Counted from the first letter of the stretch, positions 10,431 to 20,426 are shown. The stretch is DNA of 64,000 nucleotides from an uncultured Bacilli bacterium (GCA_910588025.1 CAJUQG010000002.1:18478-82477); one strand, 5' to 3'. The notes: generated from the sequence alone by a model not told the origin. Program-made: numbers and translations.

Positions 10431-11360
10431 TTACCTCAACAATTCTAAATATTTCTTTAATGTTTCTATTTCCAGTTTAACTATTAATTTAACAAAATCT
10501 GTATAATCACCAGTTGTATGAGCTTTATCTAATGCTTCATAATATTCTAATCTATCTTCCTTTTTTATTATTACTGGATTAAACCCATAATTCATTAAAT
10601 CTAAATTCATAAGTAACCTTGCAGTTCTACCATTACCATCTACAAATGGATGAATTTTAACTAATTCACCATGTAATAAAGCAGCTTGAATAATTGGATG
10701 AAAATCATTCCAATTTTCGTAATTTAAAACTAACTTTTCCATTAACTCTGGAACTTTCAAGTAATCTGGTGGGATATGAGTTGCACCTTTTATAGTAACA
10801 TTTTCTCTTCTATATCTTCCTGCATTTTCATCACCAATATCTTTTAAAACTAATTGATGAATACCTTTGATATTCCACTCAGTAATCGGGTTATCTTCTT
10901 TTACCAAATCGTTTAAATATAAAATAGCCTTTTCATGATTGATAGCTTCTAAATGCTCTTTTATTGATTTTCCACCAACTGTAATTCCTTCTAATACAAC
11001 TTGTGTTTCTCTAAGTGTCAAAGTATTTCCTTCTATACCATTACTATTGTATGTCCATTCAAGATTAATTGAATCTTCTAATGATCTTAATGTTTCTTTT
11101 GGTATCGGTCTTTTATTATCTAATTCTCTCTTCAACTCATCAACTTCATTAAAATAATTAGCCTCTAAATCAATAATAAATTCTGTAAAATCTGGTTTAA
11201 TAACTCTTTTGTCTACTGGTTTTATTGCATCAACTGGAATATTCCAACTGTTTCCGTTTTTAACAGCTCCTTCAATCCTGCCATCTTGTAATAATTGCCT
11301 TATTCTTCTTTCACTAATATTCCATTTTTTTACAGCTTCTTTAGTAGTCATAAAATCCAA
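10431..11360 (-). CDS. Fic-family protein (class II: N-terminal HTH plus SxxxEG inhibitory motif plus Fic core)
   Basis: Fic motif HPFVDGNGRTARLL. The inhibitory-helix motif is TYNSNGIEGNTLT. The N-terminal ~55 aa look like an excisionase-type HTH (MDFMTTKEAVKKWNISERRIRQLLQDGRIEGAV). Confidence 0.85.
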   Translation of the reverse strand: MDFMTTKEAVKKWNISERRIRQLLQDGRIEGAVKNGNSWNIPVDAIKPVDKRVIKPDFTEFIIDLEANYFNEVDELKRELDNKRPIPKETLRSLEDSINLEWTYNSNGIEGNTLTLRETQVVLEGITVGGKSIKEHLEAINHEKAILYLNDLVKEDNPITEWNIKGIHQLVLKDIGDENAGRYRRENVTIKGATHIPPDYLKVPELMEKLVLNYENWNDFHPIIQAALLHGELVKIHPFVDGNGRTARLLMNLDLMNYGFNPVIIKKEDRLEYYEALDKAHTTGDYTDFVKLIVKLEIETLKKYLELLR

Positions 11361-11426
11361 AACGCTTCACCTCTATATATCATTATACCGCTAACGGTAG
11401 TTTTGGTCAACCATATAAGACTAATT

Positions 11427-12631
11427 TTATCTATATTTAATAATTTCATCTATAATATCTGATTTAACTGTTTGTTCAAATTTTTCACTTGCTTCTTTAA
11501 GTGTTTCATCAGTTGTTGATATATAATAATTTTCAGTAGCTTCTATCTTGCTATGCCCTAAAATGTCAGCTACATCTCTAATTTCTACACCATTTCTTAG
11601 ACTCTTTGTTGCATAACTTCCTCGTAAGTCATAGAATCTGCAATGTTCTATTCCCAATTCTGTATGAACCACTTTATATGGATATTTCATAATATCAGTT
11701 CCACTATAAACACCATTTTCTTTTCTAAATACTAAATCAAGATTTTCCAACAATTTAGCTTTTCTAACTGTTTCAACAATTCTATATTCTATTATTTTTC
11801 CATATTTATTTTTAACTTCTTCTAGATGATAATAGTGATACATTTTACCATATAACTTTTTAAAATTTTCTTGTTTCCTTTTATAATTTTTTAGAGCTAC
11901 TAATAAAGTATTACAAATATATACTTTTCTTACTCCATTTATTGTTTTTGTTGTACCTAAAAACCATTTCCCCTTTTCATCTTTAACTTTACTATAAACA
12001 TTATGCTCTATACTAATTATTCTCTTTTCAAGATCAATATTATCCCAAGTTAGTGCACAGACTTCACCGGTTCTCATTCCTGTAAAACATGCAACTAGAA
12101 ATGCACAGGTGAATGTTTCATTATTTTTAAATCTCTTTAAAATAAAATTCAATTTCTTCTTGAGTATAAATATGCCTTATAGTCTTTCTTTAATTGTTCT
12201 ATGTGCGGCAAACTTATAGTTATTGCTGGATTATAATTAATAAATCCAAATATATCAGTTGCAACTCTAAATGAACATTTTATTACTTTTACAAAATTTT
12301 TTAAATATCCATAAGAATAATCATATCTTCTACATACATCTATTAAATATTTATTTAACTGATAACTTGTAATTGCATTAAGTCTATAATGACCTAAATA
12401 AATCTTTAAATACTTATTAACAATAACTGAATACTCTTCTATTGTTCTATATTTTAAATTCACTTTGCAATAATTATCTAGCCAATAATCCAAATAATCT
12501 CCATATGACATATAGCTTTCCGTTTTACATCCTCCATTTTGATATTCATCATAAGCTTTTTGTCCTGCGGTAAATGCAGCATTTTTTGTTTTAAATCCAC
12601 TTTCTTTTTCCATTAACTTTTGTTGCTTCAA
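11427..12631 (-). pseudogene. tyrosine site-specific integrase, split by a frameshift into an N-terminal part (12149..12631) and a catalytic part (11427..12152)
   Basis: The catalytic domain has R (FTGMRTGEV), H-x-x-R (HCRFYDLRGSYAT) and the Tyr region (LGHSKIEATENYYI). The N-terminal ORF is a SAM-like core-binding domain. The two frames overlap at an AAGAAGAAA tract near 12149-12165. Confidence 0.7.
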
Positions 12632-12679
12632 AGCGATATTGATACACCTTTCCTCTTTTTTGAATACTAATCATTTTTA

Positions 12680-12760
12680 TCATCTCCCTTTCATTTTTTG
12701 ATTAGTTTTTACTAAAACAAAAAGGAATGTTAACATTTTATCTATGTTAACACTCCTTTG
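12680..12760. repeat. ~50-bp direct repeat, copy 2 (with an internal GTTAACA duplication), between the integrase start and the secA stop
   Basis: Matches 8468..8530 and contains ATGTTAACATTTTATCTATGTTAACAC. Confidence 0.7.
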
Positions 12761-12812
12761 TTTATAAGTATTTTAGCTATTTATTTTTTAATTTTAGCTA
12801 AACTTTTTTATG

Positions 12813-15299
12813 CTACTTTCCACAACAATTCTTATATTTCTTTCCTGAACCACATGGACAAGTATCATTTCTTCCTATTTTCTTATCATTTTTGACAGTA
12901 TGACCAACTTTTTCTTTTCCATCGTTGGAAGAACCTTTTATTACTTGTTTTCTTTCAATATTTTGTTCAATTTCGGCTTTTAATAAGAATTGTGCTACAT
13001 CGCTATCTATTTTATCTAATAGACGTTCAAATAGTTCGTAACCTTCCATGGTATATGCTTGAAGGGGATTGGTTTGACCATATCCTCTTAACATAATTCC
13101 GTCTTTTAAATGTTCCATTTCATTTAGGTGATTTACCCATAAAGAATCAATTACACGTAATGTAATGGCTTTCTCAAATTCTTCGAAAGCTGGAGCATCT
13201 TTAATTTTCTCTTCATAATCATCGTTAATTTTATTAAATAATAAATCAATAATTTCTTCTTCGCTCTTATCTTTTAATTCTTCTACAGATAGTTTTTCAC
13301 CTTTGATAAAATTAGAATTTACATATTCGATAATTTCTTGTTTATCATTATCTGTTAAATATCCTTCTGGAGCTATATGACTTTCAATTATATTGGTAAT
13401 CGTATTTTTGAAGGTATCTTTTATATTTTCATGAATACTTTCTAGTTCTAATACTTCATTTCTTTTTTCATAAATAATTAAGCGTTGTTCATTTACTACA
13501 TTGTCATAGTCTAATAAACTTTTACGCATATCGAAGTTATTTCCTTCAACTTTCTTTTGGGCTGATTCAATACTTCTAGTTAATGATTTGGAACGAATTG
13601 CTTGACTTCCTACCATTCCTAAAGCTTCAACCATTCTTTTTACTTTATCTGTTCCAAAACGGCGCATTAATTCATCTTCAAAAGATACAAAGAATTGACT
13701 CATTCCTGGATCACCTTGACGTCCAGCACGTCCACGTAATTGGTTATCAATACGACGAGATTCATGACGCTCTGTACCAATAACACAAAGTCCACCAAGT
13801 TCTTTTACACCTTCTCCAAGTTTAATATCTGTTCCACGACCTGCCATATTGGTAGCAATTGTAATTGCTCCCTTTTCTCCCGCTTTCGCAATGATTTCAG
13901 CTTCACGAGCATGATTTTTAGCATTTAATATTTCATGTTTTAATTTAGCTTTTGTAAGTAATGAACCTAAATATTCGTTTGCTTCTACAGAGATTGTACC
14001 CACTAAGATTGGTTGTCCAGTTTCATGAATTTCTTTAATTGTATTTACAATTGCTTCATATTTACCAGCCATATTAGAATATAATAAATCGGCACGGTCT
14101 TCACGAATTACTGGCTTGTTCGTTGGAATTTGAATAACATACATGTTGTAAATATTTCTAAATTCTTCTTCTTCTGTTTTTGCAGTACCTGTCATACCAG
14201 ATAATTTTTTATACATTCTAAATAAGTTTTGGAATGTAATCGTTGCCATTGTTCTAGTTTCTTCATTTATTTTAACATTTTCTTTGGCTTCTATTGCTTG
14301 ATGTAATCCTTCGCTAAATTGACGACCTTTCATTAAACGTCCAGTAAATTGATCTACAATAATTACTTCATTGTTATCTACAACATAATCTACATCTTTT
14401 TTAAAAGCATAATTTGCCTTTAGAGCTTGATTTACATGATGAACTAATGCTGAATTTTCTAAATCATATAAATTTTTGATATGAAAATATTGTTCAACTT
14501 TTGCAACACCTTTTTCCATTAAAGAGGTATTTTTAGTTTTTGGATCAAAATCATAATCTTCATTTTCAACTAAATTTTGAACAGCGGCATTTGCATCCAT
14601 ATATAAATCTTTTGTATTTGATTTACCTCCAGAAATAATTAAAGGAGTACGAGCTTCATCAATTAAAATTGAGTCAACTTCATCGACAATACAAAAGTTT
14701 AATGGTCTTTGAACACGGTCTGCTGCTTGAACTACCATATTATCTCTTAAATAGTCGAACCCTATTTCACTATTCGTAGAATATAAAATATCTGCATTGT
14801 ATGCTTCTTGTTTTTCTTTTGGACTCATTTCACGTAAATTTAAGCCTATTGTTAAGCCTAAAAATTCAAAAATGCTACCCATCCATTCAGAGTCACGTTT
14901 GGCAAGGAATTCGTTTACTGTTACGATATGAACACCTTCACCAGTTAAAGCATTTAAATAAGCTGGCATGGTTTCTGTTAAGGTTTTTCCTTCTCCAGTT
15001 TTCATTTCGGCAATATTACCATAATGAATGGCAAGTCCTCCTAAAATTTGGACAAAATAAGGCTTTTCTCCAATTACACGATAATCCGCTTCTCTTACTA
15101 CTGCATAAGCTTCGACTAAAATATCATCTAAAGTTTCTCCATTTGCTAATCTTTCTTTTAATTCGCTTGTTTTATTTTTTAGTTCTTCATCAGATAATTT
15201 GCTCATTGTTTCTTCTAAAGCAACTACTTCATTTGCTAAAACTTCGAATCTTTTTAATTCTTTATATTCTGAGTCGATTAATTTTCTAAATAATCCCAT
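12813..15299 (-). CDS. secA: preprotein translocase ATPase SecA
   Basis: 828 aa spanning the full SecA domain set, with the C-terminal zinc-binding tail CPCGSGKKYKNCCGK. Confidence 0.95.
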   Translation of the reverse strand: MGLFRKLIDSEYKELKRFEVLANEVVALEETMSKLSDEELKNKTSELKERLANGETLDDILVEAYAVVREADYRVIGEKPYFVQILGGLAIHYGNIAEMKTGEGKTLTETMPAYLNALTGEGVHIVTVNEFLAKRDSEWMGSIFEFLGLTIGLNLREMSPKEKQEAYNADILYSTNSEIGFDYLRDNMVVQAADRVQRPLNFCIVDEVDSILIDEARTPLIISGGKSNTKDLYMDANAAVQNLVENEDYDFDPKTKNTSLMEKGVAKVEQYFHIKNLYDLENSALVHHVNQALKANYAFKKDVDYVVDNNEVIIVDQFTGRLMKGRQFSEGLHQAIEAKENVKINEETRTMATITFQNLFRMYKKLSGMTGTAKTEEEEFRNIYNMYVIQIPTNKPVIREDRADLLYSNMAGKYEAIVNTIKEIHETGQPILVGTISVEANEYLGSLLTKAKLKHEILNAKNHAREAEIIAKAGEKGAITIATNMAGRGTDIKLGEGVKELGGLCVIGTERHESRRIDNQLRGRAGRQGDPGMSQFFVSFEDELMRRFGTDKVKRMVEALGMVGSQAIRSKSLTRSIESAQKKVEGNNFDMRKSLLDYDNVVNEQRLIIYEKRNEVLELESIHENIKDTFKNTITNIIESHIAPEGYLTDNDKQEIIEYVNSNFIKGEKLSVEELKDKSEEEIIDLLFNKINDDYEEKIKDAPAFEEFEKAITLRVIDSLWVNHLNEMEHLKDGIMLRGYGQTNPLQAYTMEGYELFERLLDKIDSDVAQFLLKAEIEQNIERKQVIKGSSNDGKEKVGHTVKNDKKIGRNDTCPCGSGKKYKNCCGK

Positions 15300-15419
15300 A
15301 GTATTTACCCTCCATCAAATGTATTTTATCATAATCTTAAAAAAAATAGTATTTTTCTTTCTATAATTCCTATTACTAGTTATTTTAACGCATTTTTGAT
15401 TTTATGAAAAGCTTTAACT

Positions 15420-17126
15420 TTATTTCTGTATTTTTTTCCTACTCATACTTTTTTGATTTTTTAAATGTTCATCAATTCTAAAGAAAATACAAATTTGTTT
15501 TTCGTTTTTCTTTTTTAATATTTCATAATTATCTTCGTTTTCATCGCGAATAATTTGCGCATCACTACAAAATTCTTGAAAATCAATCATTTGATAAGTT
15601 CCATTTTGATATTCTACTAAAACGTTTGGTATTATTGTTTGATTCACCGGAACTTTAAAATTCCAAAAAGTATTTTCACTATCTAAATCATATTTTATTT
15701 CATAAAGATCATAATAATAGTTTTCTGGTGTTTTATATTTTTTACTTTCATTATCATAATAGTAATATATTTTATAATCAGTTAGGAAACGCCACATTAT
15801 TTCTTTTCCTTGAATTTTTAAAATTTCTTTTATATTCGCTAAAAAGTATTCTAACATGTTTTGATATAAAGACGCGTTTTCACCGATTTGAAATTCTTTT
15901 TGAGATAAGTATTTTTGTAGTTCATTTATTTCACAAATCTTTTCTAAATTTATTTCAGAATTTAATAAAGAATACAAATAATAATCTAAATAGATTTGAA
16001 GTGTTTGAGGATCCTTTTGATTAAATCCATGAGTGAAAGATGCTAAATCTAGATTTTTTTGCTTTAAATTATTATCCATTTTTTCTAAAAATTGCTGTTT
16101 TGACTCTTGATCGAGATTCAGATAATTTAAAGGCATTTTGTCTGTTACTAAAAAACTTAAAAGCCATAGTGAATAACTTTCTTCTTTGGAAATTTCTTCT
16201 TGCAAAGATTCTCGATTTATTAAGTTTAAGTCATCAGATAAAGAACACGTTTTGTTATTTTTTGAGCTTTGTATTATGGTTGTAGAAAAATAGTTATTAT
16301 GAACACGAACAGGATAAGTATCACTTTTTCTAGATAAAAAGGAACCAGAAGGAATAAAGGTAGGTTCTCTATCTTGAGAAGTTAAGATTTGATTTAATAG
16401 ATGACGTTCAATGGGAATTGTTGAATATTGATTGATAATTAAATTAGTTTTTTTAGAGAATTGATAAGTAAATTTTATGGATTCATTATTGGATAATCTA
16501 TTTAATTGTTCTAAATCATTTAAAAATGAATTCATTTCTTGTTCTGTTAAAGATAATCTTGCTCTTAAAGATTTATATAAAAGTTCTTCTTTGTTAGTTA
16601 AAAGATAATAGACAACATTTTCTTCTCCGATGATATCACACATAATAGATAAACGAAGGTTGCCAACATTTTTTTCTTTATTTCCTAAAACAATGGTTTG
16701 AATACAGTCGAAAATGAGAGAATTTTCTTTTTGATAGTCATAAATATCTTTACTCATTAGTTGATGTATATCAGGTAAATCTGAAACTTTAAGGCGATGG
16801 GCGTAATGGTCCAATAAATAATTCATTGCCATTTGATATTCACTATTAAAGTATGATACATAATCTTGTATATCTTTTAAAATAGCATTTCTTAAAATTT
16901 GATCAGCATTCTCTCGATCAAAGAAACATTCAATATTCATATTAATTTGGTCGATTTTAGAATAACCATTTTTAGGAATAGACCCTAGTATGAGAAAGAA
17001 AAGAAGCAAATAATAGTTGCGCTTTATATTCTCTTTTACTTTTGGCTTTTTTTTCTTGGGATATAAATCTTTATCATCTAAATTTTTTTTCGGATTAACA
17101 TTTCGAAAATAATTATTTTTTTGCAT
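15420..17126 (-). CDS. hypothetical protein (568 aa from the ATG at 17124-17126; Lys-rich N-terminus, one TM, large Asn/Tyr/Leu-rich domain)
   Basis: Uninterrupted ORF between hpf and secA. An AAAGAGG RBS lies 7 nt upstream of MQKNNYF. No family recognised. Confidence 0.55.
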   Translation of the reverse strand: MQKNNYFRNVNPKKNLDDKDLYPKKKKPKVKENIKRNYYLLLFFLILGSIPKNGYSKIDQINMNIECFFDRENADQILRNAILKDIQDYVSYFNSEYQMAMNYLLDHYAHRLKVSDLPDIHQLMSKDIYDYQKENSLIFDCIQTIVLGNKEKNVGNLRLSIMCDIIGEENVVYYLLTNKEELLYKSLRARLSLTEQEMNSFLNDLEQLNRLSNNESIKFTYQFSKKTNLIINQYSTIPIERHLLNQILTSQDREPTFIPSGSFLSRKSDTYPVRVHNNYFSTTIIQSSKNNKTCSLSDDLNLINRESLQEEISKEESYSLWLLSFLVTDKMPLNYLNLDQESKQQFLEKMDNNLKQKNLDLASFTHGFNQKDPQTLQIYLDYYLYSLLNSEINLEKICEINELQKYLSQKEFQIGENASLYQNMLEYFLANIKEILKIQGKEIMWRFLTDYKIYYYYDNESKKYKTPENYYYDLYEIKYDLDSENTFWNFKVPVNQTIIPNVLVEYQNGTYQMIDFQEFCSDAQIIRDENEDNYEILKKKNEKQICIFFRIDEHLKNQKSMSRKKIQK

Positions 17127-17198
17127 ACAAAAACCTCTTTTAAGCTTATATTTTAGCACTTTTTTGGCAAAAGAAAAGAAAAACTTTTTTAGCTTTTC

Positions 17199-17732
17199 TT
17201 ATCTTACATTTATGATCCCATATGTTTCATTTTTTCTTTTATAAACTACGGAAGTGCAACCTTCTGATTCATTTTTAAAAATAAAGAAATCGTGTCCTAA
17301 TAATTCCATTTGTAAAATAGCTTCTTCTTCATCCATTGGTTTCATTTCAAAATCTTTACGACGCATTATTTTCTTTTCGTCTTCTTCCTCTTCTGTTACT
17401 TCAAAAGCCATATTCATCTCAGGAATTACATTGTTTTTAAATTTACGGTTTAATCTTGTTTTATTTTTTCTAATTTGTCTTTCTAATTTGTCTACGACTA
17501 AATTAATAGCGGCATATAAATCTTCCATTGATTCTTCTGCTCGTAGTGTAAATTTTTTGGTTGGAACAGTTACTTCGATTTTTTGGCTTAAACCATTTAT
17601 ACGAATTAACACATTGGCTGTTATTTCTTCTGGATTTTCAAAGTAGTTATCTAACTTTTTTAATTTTTCCATTACTTGTGTTTTAATGGCTGAAGTAATT
17701 TCTACTTTGTCTCCACGAATATTTAATTTCAT
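17199..17732 (-). CDS. hpf: ribosome hibernation promoting factor (long form)
   Basis: 177 aa, MKLNIRGDKVEITSAIKTQVMEKL... with the S30AE/YfiA N-domain and a C-terminal dimerisation domain. Upstream of secA, as in Bacilli. Confidence 0.85.
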   Translation of the reverse strand: MKLNIRGDKVEITSAIKTQVMEKLKKLDNYFENPEEITANVLIRINGLSQKIEVTVPTKKFTLRAEESMEDLYAAINLVVDKLERQIRKNKTRLNRKFKNNVIPEMNMAFEVTEEEEDEKKIMRRKDFEMKPMDEEEAILQMELLGHDFFIFKNESEGCTSVVYKRKNETYGIINVR

Positions 17733-17784
17733 TTATTCACCTTCCTAATTTAAGTATAACAAAAGACGCACAAAAAAACTACTG

Positions 17785-18000
17785 TTATTCTACAGTAGCT
17801 AAATTTGTCTCCATAACATCAACTGCTTGTAATCCTTTAGATGTCTCTATTAATTTAAAGTCTACAAGTTCGCCTTCTTTTAATGTTTTATAACCTTCTT
17901 TAACAATCGCTGAATAATGAACAAAAATGTCTTCTAAATTTTCATATTCAATAAAGCCATAGCCCTTGGTATTGTTAAACCATTTAACTTTTCCACGCAA
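17785..18000 (-). CDS. cold-shock protein (CspA family)
   Basis: M(TTG)RGKVKWFNNTKGYGFIEYENLEDIFVHYSAI... carries the RNP1/RNP2 motifs. A GGAGAGG RBS is present. Confidence 0.85.
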   Translation of the reverse strand: MRGKVKWFNNTKGYGFIEYENLEDIFVHYSAIVKEGYKTLKEGELVDFKLIETSKGLQAVDVMETNLATVE

Positions 18001-18332
18001 CTCTTCTACACCTCTCCTTCTTACTCTTTATTTACTGCTGATACTACTTTATCATGAATTCGTTTTCGTATACAATATAAACTATTCGACAAAATAAATG
18101 CATGCAATTGTCTTTAAAACTCATGATATAACTACCATATCTTAAAAATTTAAAGAAAAATGGTAACTTGTCTTAAATGATTTAAAATATGTCTGAAATA
18201 CATCTTGATATCATTTCACAAGACCACCTTTTCTTTTCGATTTTATTTTATGTTCTTCGAGTCTTAATTGAAATTTTTGAACCTTTTTTTCGATATAATG
18301 CAATTGTGTTACAAGAAAGGATAGTATTTTTA

Positions 18333-18947
18333 GTGAAAAAATGGTTTGTCGAAAATAGCTTTCAATTTATATCGAAATATCAACAATGTGATGATTTAAC
18401 AGAAAGAACAATTCGTTATGGATTAGAAACTTTGTATAATCTTTTTTCTAAACTGATTGTAATGCTTATTTTATCCATCTTTCTTGGAATATGGAAAGAA
18501 TATTTATTATTGGTAATTCTTTTTGCCAGTGCAAGACGATATGCTTATGGTCTTCATGCCAAAAAATCTTATCTTTGTTGGATTACTACTTTACCAATAT
18601 ATATTCTAGGTTGTTATTTCATTCGCTATGTAATGATTCCTCAGCCAATTATCTATATTCTATGGATTTTGGGATTTATATCTTTTGTGAAATGGGCACC
18701 AGCAGATACTCCAGCAAGACCATTAATTCATGTAGAATTAAGAAAGAAACAAAAGATTAAAGCTAGTATAATTTGTATTATTTATTTGATTTGTATTGTA
18801 GGATTTCAAAATCAATTGATTGCTAATGCTATTATTTATTGTTTAACGATCCAAGCGATTTGTATTAATCCTATTACTTATAAAATCACAAAAACACCTT
18901 TTGATAATTACAAATTATATTATGAAAAACATGGTTTAAATTATTGA
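18333..18947 (+). CDS. agrB: accessory gene regulator B (AgrD-processing membrane peptidase)
   Basis: ERTIRYGLETL... then RRYAYGLHAKKSYLCWITT, with catalytic His and Cys spaced as in AgrB. The likely GTG start at 18333 follows GAAAGG and gives 204 aa. The ORF track begins further upstream at 18189. Confidence 0.75.
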   Translation: MKKWFVENSFQFISKYQQCDDLTERTIRYGLETLYNLFSKLIVMLILSIFLGIWKEYLLLVILFASARRYAYGLHAKKSYLCWITTLPIYILGCYFIRYVMIPQPIIYILWILGFISFVKWAPADTPARPLIHVELRKKQKIKASIICIIYLICIVGFQNQLIANAIIYCLTIQAICINPITYKITKTPFDNYKLYYEKHGLNY

Positions 18948-18985
18948 TATAGATTTAAACAAATATAATTAAAGGAGGATTGTTC

Positions 18986-19102
18986 ATGAACTTTTTAGCA
19001 AATTTACTTTCTGGTACTGCATCTAAACTTGCAAATACTGGAAGCCAAGCAAGTGTTGGTTGGATTTGGGAAGAACCAGTTTGTCCAGAAGAAATTTTAT
19101 AA
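18986..19102 (+). CDS. agrD: AgrD-like autoinducing-peptide precursor (38 aa)
   Basis: MNFLANLLSGTASKLANTGSQASVGWIWEEPVCPEEIL. An AAAGGAGGA RBS lies 6 nt upstream. It has an amphipathic leader, an SVGWIW core and an acidic EEPxxPxEI tail, and sits immediately after agrB. Confidence 0.7.
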   Translation: MNFLANLLSGTASKLANTGSQASVGWIWEEPVCPEEIL

Positions 19103-19121
19103 TCAACTAGAGAAAGACAAA

Positions 19122-19157
19122 ATAAAAAAAGGTCAAGGCCATATGATCTTTTTTATT
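19122..19157. terminator. bidirectional rho-independent terminator between agrD and the convergent kinase gene
   Basis: AAAAAAAGGTCA-aggccata-TGATCTTTTTT: an A-tract, a stem with a G·U pair, then a T-tract. Confidence 0.5.
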
Positions 19158-20426
19158 TTACTTTTTTTCAATAATTATTTCATTAAAAAATAAATCATTA
19201 ATAATTGAGGTTTTTATTTTTAATTTTTTTCTTCCAATTAGAGAAAATAGTCCTATTCCGTGTCCTGTTTTTTTCGTTGTATATTTTAATGTTCCTAAGG
19301 CATCAATATCTAGAACAGTTTGGAATGTATTAATAATTTTTATGTGATAAGATTCTTCAGTTTCTTTCATATCAATCATTAAAATTTTTTCTTTCGTTTT
19401 TTCAGTAGCTTCTAGAGCATTATCTAATAAGATACCTAAGGCTTCACACAAGAGGTTATAACTTTTTGGGGTTAATTCATCATATACATTAGAATTAATA
19501 TTGTTATCAATTCCAATCGATAATTCATTGTTTTCAAAACCATATATCTTTTCATAAACAATTCCACTAATTCCCATGGGCATCTTTTGCATATTTTGAA
19601 TGGTTTTCGTATTTTGATTATATTCTTGAATTAAATCATTAATTAATTCTTGGCCTTTTTCATTTGAAACACTTTTCACACCGTTTAATTGATGAATTAG
19701 ATTATGTTTTAGCATTCGATAGTCATTAATAATTGTTAAATAAAACTCGTTGTTTCTAATTATATTTTCGTTGGTGACTTTTAATTCGTAATTATTATAT
19801 TCACGATTTAAAAACATGATTAAGAAAATAGTAATCGAAAAAAATAATAAATATATTTCTAAAGATAAAGAATTTAAACCAAATTTTTGGATAAAATCAT
19901 ATATTGTGAATCCTAAAGAGATTAAAACAATCATAATCAGTAAAAAGGAAAGATAAGGAAACTTAATTTTTTTCATATTTTTGTGTAATTTCGCAGACCA
20001 CTTTTTGATATGATTAGAATTTAATGTAAATAAAAGGATTGTTTCAACTACAATAGTATCAATAAATCGAATTTCTGTAATGCCAAAGGAAAAGAATTTA
20101 AAAGGAATAAGCGTTGAAAAAATCATAACTAAAATATCAATTATCATTCCTATAATACTAATCGTAGCGCCATAAAATATAATATCAAATACATCTTTTC
20201 GATATAATAAGTAATAAAGAACAAAATAAAAAAATAAGGATGTTAAGGTATTTAAAGTCATTAATTTAAAATGATATTCAAGGGTCATTATTAAAGCAAA
20301 GGGAATGATTAATAAATAAGATAAATAATGTACTTTTTTATCATGATTTGTTATTAATTTAAACCCAGTTGATACAGATAATTGAACTATGCAAGCTAAA
20401 AGAAAATAGATCACAAGATTTAGCAT
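19158..20426 (-). CDS. AgrC-like (HPK10) membrane sensor histidine kinase
   Basis: The N-terminal ~200 aa are polytopic. The H-box region is YRMLKHNLIHQLNG. The C-terminal GHKL ATPase has ...TGHGIGLFSL. Confidence 0.8.
   Translation of the reverse strand: MLNLVIYFLLACIVQLSVSTGFKLITNHDKKVHYLSYLLIIPFALIMTLEYHFKLMTLNTLTSLFFYFVLYYLLYRKDVFDIIFYGATISIIGMIIDILVMIFSTLIPFKFFSFGITEIRFIDTIVVETILLFTLNSNHIKKWSAKLHKNMKKIKFPYLSFLLIMIVLISLGFTIYDFIQKFGLNSLSLEIYLLFFSITIFLIMFLNREYNNYELKVTNENIIRNNEFYLTIINDYRMLKHNLIHQLNGVKSVSNEKGQELINDLIQEYNQNTKTIQNMQKMPMGISGIVYEKIYGFENNELSIGIDNNINSNVYDELTPKSYNLLCEALGILLDNALEATEKTKEKILMIDMKETEESYHIKIINTFQTVLDIDALGTLKYTTKKTGHGIGLFSLIGRKKLKIKTSIINDLFFNEIIIEKK

Larger units (their letters stand above)
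9587..12812. mobile_element. small integrative island inserted in the secA 3' end, carrying an integrase, a Fic gene and a HEPN-like gene
   Basis: It is bounded by the secA terminus and its displaced imperfect copy. The integrase lies next to the secA-proximal end, and arm-like short repeats (TATTTATAG..TTATGGTATT x2, AATGGGAACA x2) occupy 9640..9800. Confidence 0.65.

Noticed and set aside
18189-18332. Upstream extension of agrB to the ATG at 18189 (252 aa)
   Set aside because: AgrB proteins are about 190-210 aa. The GTG at 18333 after GAAAGG gives the canonical length, and the extension is not AgrB-like. Reported as an alternative only.
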